From an uncultured virus (IMG/VR IMGVR_UViG_3300030419_006315) (lineage: Duplodnaviria > Heunggongvirae > Uroviricota > Caudoviricetes): DNA of 64,000 bases. The DNA is taken from the IMG/VR virus record IMGVR_UViG_3300030419_006315. The stretch is one strand, 5' to 3'. Shown one piece after another: positions 38,233 through 48,035 of the stretch. A program made the position numbers and the translations under genes. The notes under the pieces are model-generated. The model saw nothing but the letters and a program-made list of their open reading frames with translations. It had not been told where the DNA came from and made no database searches. Position 1 is the stretch's first letter. Each line of letters begins with the position of its first letter.

Positions 38233-38515
38233 AGTGGTGGAGAGACGCTCAGCGAGTAGCACCTATGACATGACGTATAGCTACTCTCTTCGTGAAGTTT
38301 TCGTTAATCCAGACCAAGTTGTTTGTTTGCGAGAAGATGCACGAATGAAACAGAGCCTCAACGAGGGCAAGCTACCGGCCGAGCTAAGTTCAGCGCAGCA
38401 GTTTACAAAAATACACATGAACAGAGGAAACAGCGGATTGGATATTGTGGTGGTTGGCCCTCCCCATATAATTGAAGAGAAGATTTTTAAAACCAAACAA
38501 CTATTAAAGGGATAA
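38213..38515 (+). CDS. hypothetical protein
   Basis: GTG start after GGAGG; VFVNPDQVV.LRE. Confidence 0.6.
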   Translation: MVVKLIEVVERRSASSTYDMTYSYSLREVFVNPDQVVCLREDARMKQSLNEGKLPAELSSAQQFTKIHMNRGNSGLDIVVVGPPHIIEEKIFKTKQLLKG

Positions 38516-38517
38516 AA

Positions 38518-38961
38518 ATGAAGCCTATTGAATGCACTCTCAAGGTTCTTGAGCAAGAAGATAACAAGCCGAAAGTTGGCCGTTATATGAGTACATGGTA
38601 CACGAACATGGATCAGATTGGCAAGAAGAAATTTCCTGTAGCTTTGAGGATCGAAGCAGACTTTGATGCACTTGTGGAACAGGGAATGGATGTCGAAGAG
38701 ATTGCGCTTGGGTGTGTGGAGTTTTTAAACATCATAAAGCAACCAAAGCGAGGCCGTCGACGTAAGAAGTCGGACTATGGAAAGTTGGAGCTTTATTTCG
38801 AAAAGATCCCAAAGTGGCTTCGAGAAAAGAAGCGAGGTGGCAAGAAGGAGTCGGCCCGAGCAAAACTGGTAGAGTCAGAAGAAGGTAAGTATCTTGAGGT
38901 TATTGTATCGACTGACAACAGCAAGGTCAGAAAGTTTGCTGGAAGCGCACTTAAAAGATGA
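38518..38961 (+). CDS. basic hypothetical protein
   Basis: 147-aa coupled ORF. Confidence 0.6.
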   Translation: MKPIECTLKVLEQEDNKPKVGRYMSTWYTNMDQIGKKKFPVALRIEADFDALVEQGMDVEEIALGCVEFLNIIKQPKRGRRRKKSDYGKLELYFEKIPKWLREKKRGGKKESARAKLVESEEGKYLEVIVSTDNSKVRKFAGSALKR

Positions 38962-39296
38962 CAGCCAAGCGTGATATCAGGCTTCCTGCTCGCCGCTTAT
39001 TGGAAAGCATACAAACCAAATGCGAACAGACTCGAAATACGACGAAGAATCTTATTTTAGATTACGTTGATAAGCCTGTTTGGCTCACCACCCCCATGCC
39101 TTATCTCATGGAGATATATGCATTTTGCATAGAAGTAGATACGAAGATACAAGAATATATGTACGATGCCCAACCTGGAGACGAAGTTTTGCTGAGTGCA
39201 AAAGACATTGAACATGTTGATTTGTTTGTTCGCTCTATAAACTCCTCTCATAGACATTTGAGAGATAAATATAACATTTCTTTAACGCTGCATTAA
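38958..39296 (+). CDS. hypothetical protein
   Basis: ATGA overlap with upstream gene. Confidence 0.6.
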   Translation: MTAKRDIRLPARRLLESIQTKCEQTRNTTKNLILDYVDKPVWLTTPMPYLMEIYAFCIEVDTKIQEYMYDAQPGDEVLLSAKDIEHVDLFVRSINSSHRHLRDKYNISLTLH

Positions 39297-39394
39297 CTTT
39301 TTTTAAAAAAACCCTTGACATACTGTTTACAGTTCTTATATTATAATTGTCCCGAGGGACTGTGAGAATTGGATAAACATAGGAGGAAATATAA

Positions 39395-39790
39395 ATGAAT
39401 AATCTAGTTCGATACGCTAATAGCGATCCTTTTTTTGGCATCTTTGATGACTTTTTCCGGACCACCCCGGTTCGGACTTCTGCGCTTACCACTAATCGTC
39501 AAGTGCGCGTGGAAAATTTCGACGACCACACGGAGATTAGTATAGCTGCTCCGGGTCTAAAGCAATCTAGCTTTAATGTAGACCTAACCAATAACACCTT
39601 GACCGTGGGTTACCAGGCCGAAGAGGGGGATGATACGTATTTCACCAAAAATTCGTATAGTCGCTCTTGGCGTGTTGCAGATGGCACCACGGCCGAAGAC
39701 ATTACGGCAAATTACACCCATGGCATCTTGACCGTCACTGTCAAGAAGGCTGAAACCACCACGAATAAGACTAGTATTCCAGTTAATTAG
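39395..39790 (+). CDS. small heat shock protein (Hsp20/alpha-crystallin)
   Basis: APGL...F.V.L..N.LTV, YSRSW, ITANY.HGILTV.V.K. Confidence 0.88.
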   Translation: MNNLVRYANSDPFFGIFDDFFRTTPVRTSALTTNRQVRVENFDDHTEISIAAPGLKQSSFNVDLTNNTLTVGYQAEEGDDTYFTKNSYSRSWRVADGTTAEDITANYTHGILTVTVKKAETTTNKTSIPVN

Positions 39791-39821
39791 AAGCATTTTC
39801 CAGAGTACAGTTCCTCAACCT

Positions 39822-39849
39822 AAAGCCCCCGTTAAGGGGGCTTTTTTTT
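39822..39849 (+). terminator. intrinsic terminator
   Basis: AAAGCCCCC-GTTAA-GGGGGCTTT followed by T-tract. Confidence 0.85.
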
Positions 39850-39897
39850 ACCTTATACTAGTGTTTGGGACTATTTATAGGGATAAGGAATATTTAT

Positions 39898-42363
39898 ATG
39901 CCACATAATGATATTTTTAAAGCCTGGAGAGATTTTAAGGCCGAACCAGAGCGTTTGGAAGCGGAACTTCTACTTGAAAGTCGTAAAACCGATGCAATCG
40001 CCCAGGTAACCAATTGGAAGAAGATTATCGAACCGAACCTGCTGTCCACTATCGATCCGGTTTTGTTACAAGGCATGACCGATGGTCTTGCAACTCTTGT
40101 CAGACAAGTTTCCGATGCAGACCCTACCGGCAAGAATAAATATCTACCTTGGTTTGCCAAGTACGTGAAGAACTACACAAAGAGGCATATGTCCGAGTAC
40201 AGTCCACGCTACAGTTCCCGTGCCCAGGCAAAGGTTGAAAGAGGGGAAAAGCCTTTCGCCGAAGATGAAACGTCATCCTACCTGCGCGGCATCCTAGACC
40301 AGGCCGACCGCTTCACCAGAAATCTGGAGCAAATGCATAAGTATATGGAGCGTGGCCTCATCACCAAAACTATTGAACAGTTTGAATATGTCAGTGACAT
40401 TGAAAATGCCGTTTTCTACGCAGAGCGTGAAGAGAAACGTCGTGAAAAAATGGAAAAGATGAAGGAGGCTGCCAAAGAATCCTCCGATATCGTCATGGAC
40501 GAAGACGGAGTGACGATGGTGCGTCCGATGAGCGAGGAAGCCTCCTGCTACTTTGGACAGGGAACTCAGTGGTGCATATCCGCTACATCTTCCCGTAATT
40601 ACTTTGACCAATATACGGGTGAAGGTAAAGCCTTTTATTTCGTCAACTTTAAATATTTGTTGCCCGATGATAATTCTAAGCAATTAGCGTTGGTGTACGA
40701 TAATGACAGTGGATTTGAGCCAGACGAGGTGTTTGATCGTCCTGATGAGGAAGTCGGCGAAGACGCAGTTTTCGAGGCAGCCCGAAACAACATTGTTATG
40801 AAGGGTATCCTTCAGATGGCGTCGGTGAAGAAGCTGCGTAAGACGAAGGAGCCAGCCGAATTCGCTGAATATATTAATGATCAGCTTGACAAAGCCTTCG
40901 GCACACCATCGCGATTCGAAGGTGCGGAACAGCCCCTCGGCCCTTTCTGGCAAGAGTGGTTCACTATTATGGGGCTCGAAGACCAAGACGTTGCAAATAT
41001 TGGGGATTTGGGTGAGTTAACTGCCGAGTTGGCAAGCGAAGTCCAATCTGAAATCTTTGGTAGTGCCTCCTTGCACATGGAAGACCACCCCGCTGGACCC
41101 CAAGAAGAGGATTTCCAGAAAGTGTTCGATGAATTTGAAAACAACTTCAAACATATCGATGTATCTTGGGACGACTACACTGGAGAAGGCAATTACTATT
41201 GGCGAGGCTATGCAAACGTTGATCTATCGGAGTTGGAGGAAGAACTAGAAGATGCGTCTGAGAGTGATGTGGTTGATGCCGTAAGAGAAGTTCTGGATGA
41301 TAATTACGTCTACCCTTCTGAAATGGATGCATATGACACCGAAACTGTAAACCTGGGTTTTGACCCTGAGTATGATGAAACCTCGGGCGTCGAGGGCTTT
41401 CAATTCTTCCTCAACCGCATGAGTGAGTATGATGCCAATTTAGACAACATTTCCGTGGAAGACCTCAGAACGAAGTTTGAAGAAGCAGGAGTTATCACCC
41501 CTTCGCAAGTCAAGCAAGTCGCCGCCGACCTTGAGAAGGATGCCTTTGACTTTAACAACTTGTCAGTTAACATTGATGAGGGGAAAGTCATTTACGAGGG
41601 TGAGGTTGAGACTGACGTTACATTTCCTGGGTGGGTTTTTGATGGCGAGAACACCCAGGCATGGGCACGCACCAATCAAATTATCAAGTGGCTCATGAGC
41701 GTTAGCGGGGCATCCACCGCCATCCACCAAAGTGTGGTTAAAAAGTTACAAACCGCGATGCAGGACACCCTGGAGGCTATCGAAAAACAATATGTCCTCA
41801 GTTTTATTGATCGTGACGAAGATGAGGAATATGACACTCAGGCGTGGCAAAAGAAGGCTGAAGAGATTGGAATGGGCATTGAGCCAGACCAACTTACTTT
41901 CAGCATTTTCCCTAATTACGAGCAGATAGGACAGTGGGGCAATCTAGCTCGGAAGTCCTATATTAAAGATGAAGCCGGCCTGACGGTGGCTCAGGACCCT
42001 CCCCCTCAAAAGTTAACTTTAACATACTATTTTGAAATTCGCCTAGATGTAGGTAAGATGAGTGAGGAAGATATTGTGCTGGCAAGCAGGCTAGGTCGAT
42101 ATGTGGACTCTCCCAAGGTTTATAGCCTGATTACTGACTATATTCAACGTGCCGTTGTTAAAGCAGTGGGCACGGTCACCAAGGACAATGTGACCACCTT
42201 GCGTAGCTCCACCTTAGGCACTGGTCACCAAATTTATGCACAAGATTTAGAAGAAGAGAGAATGCTAGAGGCTCATAGATTACTTAACCCGAATTCCGGA
42301 AAGGAAACAAACGAAATGATTTTAAAAGCTGCTCAATTGATTGATGAAGTCATTAACAATTAA
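39898..42363 (+). CDS. large acidic hypothetical protein (candidate internal virion protein)
   Basis: ACTATTTA upstream; N-terminal W..F...LLLES; VRP.S.EASC.FG.GTQWCISA motif. Confidence 0.7.
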   Translation: MPHNDIFKAWRDFKAEPERLEAELLLESRKTDAIAQVTNWKKIIEPNLLSTIDPVLLQGMTDGLATLVRQVSDADPTGKNKYLPWFAKYVKNYTKRHMSEYSPRYSSRAQAKVERGEKPFAEDETSSYLRGILDQADRFTRNLEQMHKYMERGLITKTIEQFEYVSDIENAVFYAEREEKRREKMEKMKEAAKESSDIVMDEDGVTMVRPMSEEASCYFGQGTQWCISATSSRNYFDQYTGEGKAFYFVNFKYLLPDDNSKQLALVYDNDSGFEPDEVFDRPDEEVGEDAVFEAARNNIVMKGILQMASVKKLRKTKEPAEFAEYINDQLDKAFGTPSRFEGAEQPLGPFWQEWFTIMGLEDQDVANIGDLGELTAELASEVQSEIFGSASLHMEDHPAGPQEEDFQKVFDEFENNFKHIDVSWDDYTGEGNYYWRGYANVDLSELEEELEDASESDVVDAVREVLDDNYVYPSEMDAYDTETVNLGFDPEYDETSGVEGFQFFLNRMSEYDANLDNISVEDLRTKFEEAGVITPSQVKQVAADLEKDAFDFNNLSVNIDEGKVIYEGEVETDVTFPGWVFDGENTQAWARTNQIIKWLMSVSGASTAIHQSVVKKLQTAMQDTLEAIEKQYVLSFIDRDEDEEYDTQAWQKKAEEIGMGIEPDQLTFSIFPNYEQIGQWGNLARKSYIKDEAGLTVAQDPPPQKLTLTYYFEIRLDVGKMSEEDIVLASRLGRYVDSPKVYSLITDYIQRAVVKAVGTVTKDNVTTLRSSTLGTGHQIYAQDLEEERMLEAHRLLNPNSGKETNEMILKAAQLIDEVINN

Positions 42364-42419
42364 GCAAAAATGTGGTAATTTATTGTTATGACTTATAAAA
42401 GTCGGGAGGGTTGAAAAAG

Positions 42420-42830
42420 ATGAGAAAGTTATTTGTCTTATTTGCATTGCTATTGAGCTTAGGCTGCGCCAGCACCCAAACCTGGGTCAAAGCCAAATAT
42501 GAAATCAACTTAGAGAGTGTTATGGGCGAGTGCGCCCCACAAGAACACTTTGTCTTAAACATATTCAGAATCAAACTGTTGGCTTTACATTTTGCAGAGT
42601 GTCGCAATGTTGAGGATGTGTTTGCGATTGTCTGGAAGGGTGAAGAACCGAACGAGTTTGAAGATAAGTTAGTTGATGTGTTGATGCTGGAGTACATCAA
42701 CACTTTAAACATTTCAGACCCAAATGCAAAGTGGGGTTATGTTTATATCACATCAGACAGGGACGAGGAAGACAAGTTGAATGCTAGATTTTGGTATCTT
42801 AGAGATATTTCACAAGAAGACGAGGAATAA
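42420..42830 (+). CDS. putative lipoprotein
   Basis: signal peptide with lipobox SLGC. Confidence 0.65.
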   Translation: MRKLFVLFALLLSLGCASTQTWVKAKYEINLESVMGECAPQEHFVLNIFRIKLLALHFAECRNVEDVFAIVWKGEEPNEFEDKLVDVLMLEYINTLNISDPNAKWGYVYITSDRDEEDKLNARFWYLRDISQEDEE

Positions 42831-43136
42831 GTGGCAAGAATTGTAAAAAAGAGTGAGATCGAGGCCGGCGGAACAAAGAATTCTTCCGAAAGAGAAAAGC
42901 TAGCTAAAAGAATCATAGAAGAGGAGGCAAAGAAGTTATTCACTCAACATAATGTTAAGATAGTTTTCGATGAGTTTAGCACTTATACTAAACTAGTGTT
43001 TATTTACGAAGAGGATGATTCTCCGGAAATTGTAACACGCGAAATGATCCAGCCAATGGAAGAGCGCATTATGAAAGAAGTAGACGATAAAATACGTGTT
43101 GGAATCAAATATCGCACCATCTATGTTGATGATTAA
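42831..43136 (+). CDS. hypothetical protein
   Basis: coupled 101-aa ORF. Confidence 0.6.
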   Translation: MARIVKKSEIEAGGTKNSSEREKLAKRIIEEEAKKLFTQHNVKIVFDEFSTYTKLVFIYEEDDSPEIVTREMIQPMEERIMKEVDDKIRVGIKYRTIYVDD

Positions 43137-43139
43137 GTT

Positions 43140-43502
43140 ATGGCTAAAAACACTACTAAAAAGAGAAAAACAGCACCAGAGCCCGTAGAAGAGAAAGAGG
43201 CTAAAACTGCGGAAGATTTGATTCCCAAGTCCCCGCCTAAATTAGCAGCACAAGGGATCCGTGCTTTTACAGTGTGTCGTCAGTATGATGATACAGGAGT
43301 GTCGGGCGAGGGCATAGTGATTGAGGGCGTCGTGCTAGCGACTGGGCAATGTATTGTTCACTGGCTTTACCCGCCGCCCCGAGGCGGGATCGCCGTGTTT
43401 GACAGCATGTCAGACTTTGTAAAGGTGCATATTGAACCTCACCCCGAGAATAGAACGATCATCACTTATCAAGATGGTGATCAAGTCACATTTGGAGAAT
43501 AA
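43140..43502 (+). CDS. conserved phage hypothetical protein
   Basis: R.F...R..D.TGVSG.G.V.EGV...G..VHW pattern recalled from other phages. Confidence 0.65.
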   Translation: MAKNTTKKRKTAPEPVEEKEAKTAEDLIPKSPPKLAAQGIRAFTVCRQYDDTGVSGEGIVIEGVVLATGQCIVHWLYPPPRGGIAVFDSMSDFVKVHIEPHPENRTIITYQDGDQVTFGE

Positions 43503-43518
43503 ATTGTTTGAATATTTA

Positions 43519-43743
43519 ATGCAGGCCAGCCTGTACGTAAAGGCTGCTTTGATAAGTTTTATTATGGCGAAGGCGACATCTTTGTTGGTCGTCGTTGCAC
43601 TATTTTTAAATAACACTGTGGCATGGGTTAGTCTTGCCACATATGGACTCTTGGTGTTTTCAACAATCGTTTTTTGTTTTATGGAGGTCGCAAGGGTAAA
43701 CAAGGAGAAAGATGAAGTTCGATTTAACACAAGATCATTTTAG
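43519..43743 (+). CDS. small membrane protein
   Basis: two hydrophobic helices within ORF 43432..43743. Confidence 0.5.
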   Translation: MQASLYVKAALISFIMAKATSLLVVVALFLNNTVAWVSLATYGLLVFSTIVFCFMEVARVNKEKDEVRFNTRSF

Positions 43744-44011
43744 CGAAGTAGCAAAGTCAATGTCGACAATGATGGCGTTGATAGAGGCTTGCGAGTGGGA
43801 TGAAGAAAGAGCGTACAACATATTCGATGACGCCTTCGACACATTGGTGTCCTTGCACGAGTATTCCAAGTATGATCCCTCAGTGGTAACTGACGAGTTC
43901 AGCTTTAGAAGAATGATGCGCGTCAATATGAAGTACGATGTTACGGATACTGAATTGACCGCGGTCTTGGATTTGTTGGATAACAAAATAAGAAGAAAAG
44001 CAGAAGAATAA
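43712..44011 (+). CDS. hypothetical protein
   Basis: SD AAGGAG; 99 aa. Confidence 0.6.
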   Translation: MKFDLTQDHFSEVAKSMSTMMALIEACEWDEERAYNIFDDAFDTLVSLHEYSKYDPSVVTDEFSFRRMMRVNMKYDVTDTELTAVLDLLDNKIRRKAEE

Positions 44012-44012
44012 G

Positions 44013-44756
44013 ATGATATACATTTTTGATATTGACGGCACGTTGACACCCCATCGTCAACCAGCCACGGATGAGTTTGTAGAGTTCTTCACCGAATGGC
44101 AAAAAGACAAAGAGTTTTATTTAAGTACTGGGTCTGACTTGGGAAAAGTAAAAGAGCAGCTCCCAAAAGAGATCGTAGACTCGGCAAGGGGGATATTCTG
44201 CTGTATGAGCAACCAACTGCATGTCGAGGGCGAGCTTATATACGACTTTGAATACTGGCCCAGTAACAAGATAATAAACGCACTACGCAACACCCTGAAA
44301 GAGAGTTCCTTCCCCCTGCGTTGTGGAAACCATATTGAACAACGCCCAGGCATGATAAACTTCACTATATTGGGCCGCAATGCTAATGAAGAACAACGAG
44401 AAATCTATCATGAGCACGACAAAATAGCAAAAGAAAGGGAGAAGATTGCGTCCAAGTTAAGTCAAGAGTTTGATCATTTGGACTTCGTGATAGGGGGAAA
44501 GATTAGTATAGATATATATCCGAAAGGCAGAGATAAGAGGCAATGCATCGAGTGGATCGTCGAAAACGAAGATCCGACACCTATGTTGTATTTCGGTGAT
44601 AGTGTTTACGAAGGTGGCAATGATTATGCCGCGGCCAAAGAAATAGATAAATATGAGGAATCAGAGTGGCATAATGTCAGCAACTGGCGAGAAACAATGG
44701 AACTATTAAAATCCTATGACCTAGTTATTTCAAAGGATGGCGTTACGGAACAGTAA
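44013..44756 (+). CDS. HAD-IIB phosphomannomutase-like hydrolase
   Basis: FDIDGTLT, TGSD..K..EQL, G.HIE.R.GMINF..LGR, IGG.ISIDI.P.G.DK, FGD....GGND. Confidence 0.85.
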   Translation: MIYIFDIDGTLTPHRQPATDEFVEFFTEWQKDKEFYLSTGSDLGKVKEQLPKEIVDSARGIFCCMSNQLHVEGELIYDFEYWPSNKIINALRNTLKESSFPLRCGNHIEQRPGMINFTILGRNANEEQREIYHEHDKIAKEREKIASKLSQEFDHLDFVIGGKISIDIYPKGRDKRQCIEWIVENEDPTPMLYFGDSVYEGGNDYAAAKEIDKYEESEWHNVSNWRETMELLKSYDLVISKDGVTEQ

Positions 44757-46959
44757 ATTACTATTAGCACTACTACTTTCTTCCTGTTCTTGCGAAGATA
44801 CCTGGACTCTTTTTGCCAATGAAAAACAGGCACCCTACCCACTTGACACTACCTGCGATTACAATAACCCACATGCAGAATACAATGAACAAATCCCCGA
44901 ACTTTGCGATGGTATAGACAATAATTGTGACTGCCTAGCCAAACCCTTAAACGAACAAGATACAAATGGAGACTTAGAACACTGCGGCCCAGGAGACGAA
45001 GGCGTGGATGAAGGTTGCGAGTGTTGGCCCGAGATGACGGAATATTCAGTTGATTGGGCAAGCAGTGTAAGAAAGTGTTGGACGAATGAATTAGGAGGTG
45101 ATTTAGGTGACATTCGTGAGCATAGTGATGAGATGGGACAGTTACACGGTGAGTGCGAATACGGGCGACAGACTTGCAGACCTATGCCTCAAGGGGGTTC
45201 TGAGTGGGGAGTATGGAATGATGGTCCTGATAGGACTGGCGGCACTACGGATGACGTTTGGATAGAGGGCGGGTGCATCGAAGCAATTGCCCCTGCGACT
45301 GAAACGTGTGACGGCTTAGATAACAACTGCGATGGCCGAACCGATGAAGGATTAAAAAGAATGTGTTGGTCCGGGCCTTCAAATGCAGATGGTACGCCTC
45401 AAAATTGGTTGGTGATGAATAACCCGAGTAACCCTGAAACTCCATGCCGTACAGGCATTGAGCTGTGTGAAAGTGGTGTATGGTCAGGGTGCCAGAATGA
45501 AATATTGCCATCCACTGAAGTATGCGATAGTTTAGATAATGACTGCGACGGCTTGATCGACGATAATCCCGAAGGGCAAGGGGCACAGTGTGGACTGACT
45601 GATGCTGGAACTTGTGATTATGGAACCTTTCAGTGCGACGGTGCCGACCTGATTTGTATTGATCCAAGATTACCACAAACTGAAGAATGTGATGGCGTCG
45701 ATAACGACTGCGACGGCGAGGTGGACGAAGGTCTTTTACGCCCCTGCGAGAATGAGTGTGGGTCGGGATTTGAGACGTGTGATAGTGGAGACTGGATTAA
45801 CTGTAGCGCGCAGCAGCCCGTCGAGGAAGTGTGTGATGCTGAAGACAACGACTGCGACGGTCAGGTAGATGAGGGCTTAGAGTGTAGCTGCCCCCCTGAG
45901 TTTGTTGGCGCTTTGGTTCCTTGTGCACACAATCCACAACTCACTTGCGGCGAAGGATTTATGGAGTGTCGGTGCCTAGACGAACAATGCACCACAACTG
46001 CGTTTTCGGATTGCATGGCCATGTGTGCATTCCAGCCCGTGGAGCAGGGAGTCTGTGACCCCACTGGCGGAGATCCTATGCCTGAAGAGTGTGATGCTTG
46101 GGATAACGACTGTGATGGCGAGATTGACGAAAGATTGCAATCAGCGTGCTACAGCGGACCCCCTGGAACGCAAGGCGTAGGCTCATGCCAAGAAGGCGTA
46201 ATGAGGTGTGCAGATGGGCGCTGGGGAAGTAATGTCGGCGGTGTGTTCGTAGATGGTATTTGCGCTGGAGAGTCTGTACCAGCCGAGGAGGTCTGCGATC
46301 GCATCGACAATGACTGCGACGGCGATATTGATGAAAATTTAGATAGTCATGAAAAGGTGGACATGGTGTTTGCAATCGACCGTAGCGGTTCGATGTGTGA
46401 TAAGATTCAAGCACTTCGTGAAGGTATACAGCCTTATGTGCTGGAGTTTGCCGATACTCATCACCGCTTTGCATTAGTGAACATGCCAGGTACTCGCCGC
46501 TCAAGGGGTTCAAGGGGTCCGGGTAATATCTACAGACCCGATGTGCAAATTAACTTTGTAGATTCGATGGCTTTTGCCGCGGCACTCGCCGCCTTGGATT
46601 GCAATCTCAGCAACGAAGAGGCACAATATGATGCTATGGAATCCATTGGCAACGATACTATGGGACTCAACCACAGAGCGGACGCATGGCCTATGGTGGT
46701 GGTGTTGACAGATGAAGTGGCACAGTCTTTTTACGATACCGATGCGGGCGATGTTCGCAGTGCGACTAATCCATGCCAACTGGGCTCCTGTGAGGCCAAT
46801 GACGTATTGGAGGTTTTTGCAATAGTTAAGGAAGAGCATTTTTCCGAATGGTGCGCCCCGGCTAACATCGCTCAAGACTGTTACAGACTATATTCAGGAA
46901 TTGATGGAAATACCATTCGAGGTTACTTAGACGATATATTTAGCGACATTTGTCGATAG
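44737..46959 (+). CDS. secreted Cys-rich repeat protein with C-terminal von Willebrand A domain
   Basis: about 7 E.CDG.DNDCDG..DE repeats (myxobacterial MopE-related motif); vWA MIDAS VFAIDRSGSM and VVVLTDE. Confidence 0.85.
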   Translation: MALRNSKLLLALLLSSCSCEDTWTLFANEKQAPYPLDTTCDYNNPHAEYNEQIPELCDGIDNNCDCLAKPLNEQDTNGDLEHCGPGDEGVDEGCECWPEMTEYSVDWASSVRKCWTNELGGDLGDIREHSDEMGQLHGECEYGRQTCRPMPQGGSEWGVWNDGPDRTGGTTDDVWIEGGCIEAIAPATETCDGLDNNCDGRTDEGLKRMCWSGPSNADGTPQNWLVMNNPSNPETPCRTGIELCESGVWSGCQNEILPSTEVCDSLDNDCDGLIDDNPEGQGAQCGLTDAGTCDYGTFQCDGADLICIDPRLPQTEECDGVDNDCDGEVDEGLLRPCENECGSGFETCDSGDWINCSAQQPVEEVCDAEDNDCDGQVDEGLECSCPPEFVGALVPCAHNPQLTCGEGFMECRCLDEQCTTTAFSDCMAMCAFQPVEQGVCDPTGGDPMPEECDAWDNDCDGEIDERLQSACYSGPPGTQGVGSCQEGVMRCADGRWGSNVGGVFVDGICAGESVPAEEVCDRIDNDCDGDIDENLDSHEKVDMVFAIDRSGSMCDKIQALREGIQPYVLEFADTHHRFALVNMPGTRRSRGSRGPGNIYRPDVQINFVDSMAFAAALAALDCNLSNEEAQYDAMESIGNDTMGLNHRADAWPMVVVLTDEVAQSFYDTDAGDVRSATNPCQLGSCEANDVLEVFAIVKEEHFSEWCAPANIAQDCYRLYSGIDGNTIRGYLDDIFSDICR

Positions 46960-46970
46960 GAGGATGAGAT

Positions 46971-47678
46971 GTGAAGTTTTTACTTTTGTTGGTGCTAGGT
47001 TTGTTTTCGTGCACACACAATTATAATACCAAAGTTTTTAATGATTATAATGTGGCGGAAACTCAAGATGATCCTGTGTACCATTCTGTTGCCCATGTTA
47101 TTGTTTTAGATAAAGAGAAAAACATTCGTAGTGGCGGTACCGCCTTCGCTATTCAGAATGTAAACAACAATACTTATTTTGTAAGCGTTCATCACTTATG
47201 TTTGATGCGAGGAAAAGATGTAAAGTTGTTGCCACTACCAGCGAAAGAAAACCTGCGCCGTCCTTTCGATGGCCGAGTCGTTTATACATCCGAGCAAGAT
47301 GATATGTGCATCATCAGGGCTTACGATACTGGAGTCCAGTTTGTTGCCATGAAGTTTGCACAGAGCAATCCCCTACCAGGCGACAAGGTATTTACCATCG
47401 GCGCCCCCTCTGGCGCTTTTCCCACGAAAACTGATGGGTACGTTGTAGGTCATGATCTTCTCGGCATGGTGCCTGATGTTACTGACCACAAACAGAAGCT
47501 AGTGACCTCCGTTCCAGTCTTCCAAGGCAACTCTGGTGGTCCAGTATATAATGAGAGTTTTGAGGTGGTCGGGATGCTGTCTGCATCGCACAGAAGATAC
47601 TCTCATTCTTCTCTTGCGATTCATTACGAATCTATTTTGAAACATCTCGAAGTATATTTCAAAAAGGATTTTATTTAA
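46971..47678 (+). CDS. trypsin-like serine protease lipoprotein
   Basis: lipobox LFSC; GGTAF, VSVHH, DDMCII, GNSGGP. Confidence 0.85.
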   Translation: MKFLLLLVLGLFSCTHNYNTKVFNDYNVAETQDDPVYHSVAHVIVLDKEKNIRSGGTAFAIQNVNNNTYFVSVHHLCLMRGKDVKLLPLPAKENLRRPFDGRVVYTSEQDDMCIIRAYDTGVQFVAMKFAQSNPLPGDKVFTIGAPSGAFPTKTDGYVVGHDLLGMVPDVTDHKQKLVTSVPVFQGNSGGPVYNESFEVVGMLSASHRRYSHSSLAIHYESILKHLEVYFKKDFI

Positions 47679-47711
47679 CTATTTAATCTGTATCGTGGAG
47701 GGCTTTATGTA

Positions 47712-48035
47712 GTGGAAGAAGTTATCAAACCGTTATTGGAATATGGTATATTAGGACTATGGACCGTTAGCTTGATTTGGCAAGGAAGACAGGCGCAAGG
47801 ACGCTTTGATGCAGAAATCAAACGTCATGAAGAAGATAAGGCCGCGATGAGAAAAGTATTAACAATGCACAGCGAACAACTTAATAAAATTGAGGACAAT
47901 TTAGCAAACCTGATTGGCAAAGTAGAAATAATTGCCCGAGATTCCCAAGAAGCAAGGATGAGAGAAGCAATGAGATCCCAAAACAAAACAAAATATGTGA
48001 CAGTCAGAGACTCGTCAGACGGAGAATCAAGATAA
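47712..48035 (+). CDS. small protein with N-terminal TM and coiled coil (holin-like architecture)
   Basis: LLEYGILGLWTVSLIW; ACTATTTA upstream. Confidence 0.55.
   Translation: MEEVIKPLLEYGILGLWTVSLIWQGRQAQGRFDAEIKRHEEDKAAMRKVLTMHSEQLNKIEDNLANLIGKVEIIARDSQEARMREAMRSQNKTKYVTVRDSSDGESR

Noticed and set aside
35936..39334. Shared TTTACAGTT upstream of groEL and hsp20 as a heat-shock operator
   Set aside because: Only 9 bp in AT-rich DNA with two instances; it does not match CIRCE or a complete sigma32 promoter
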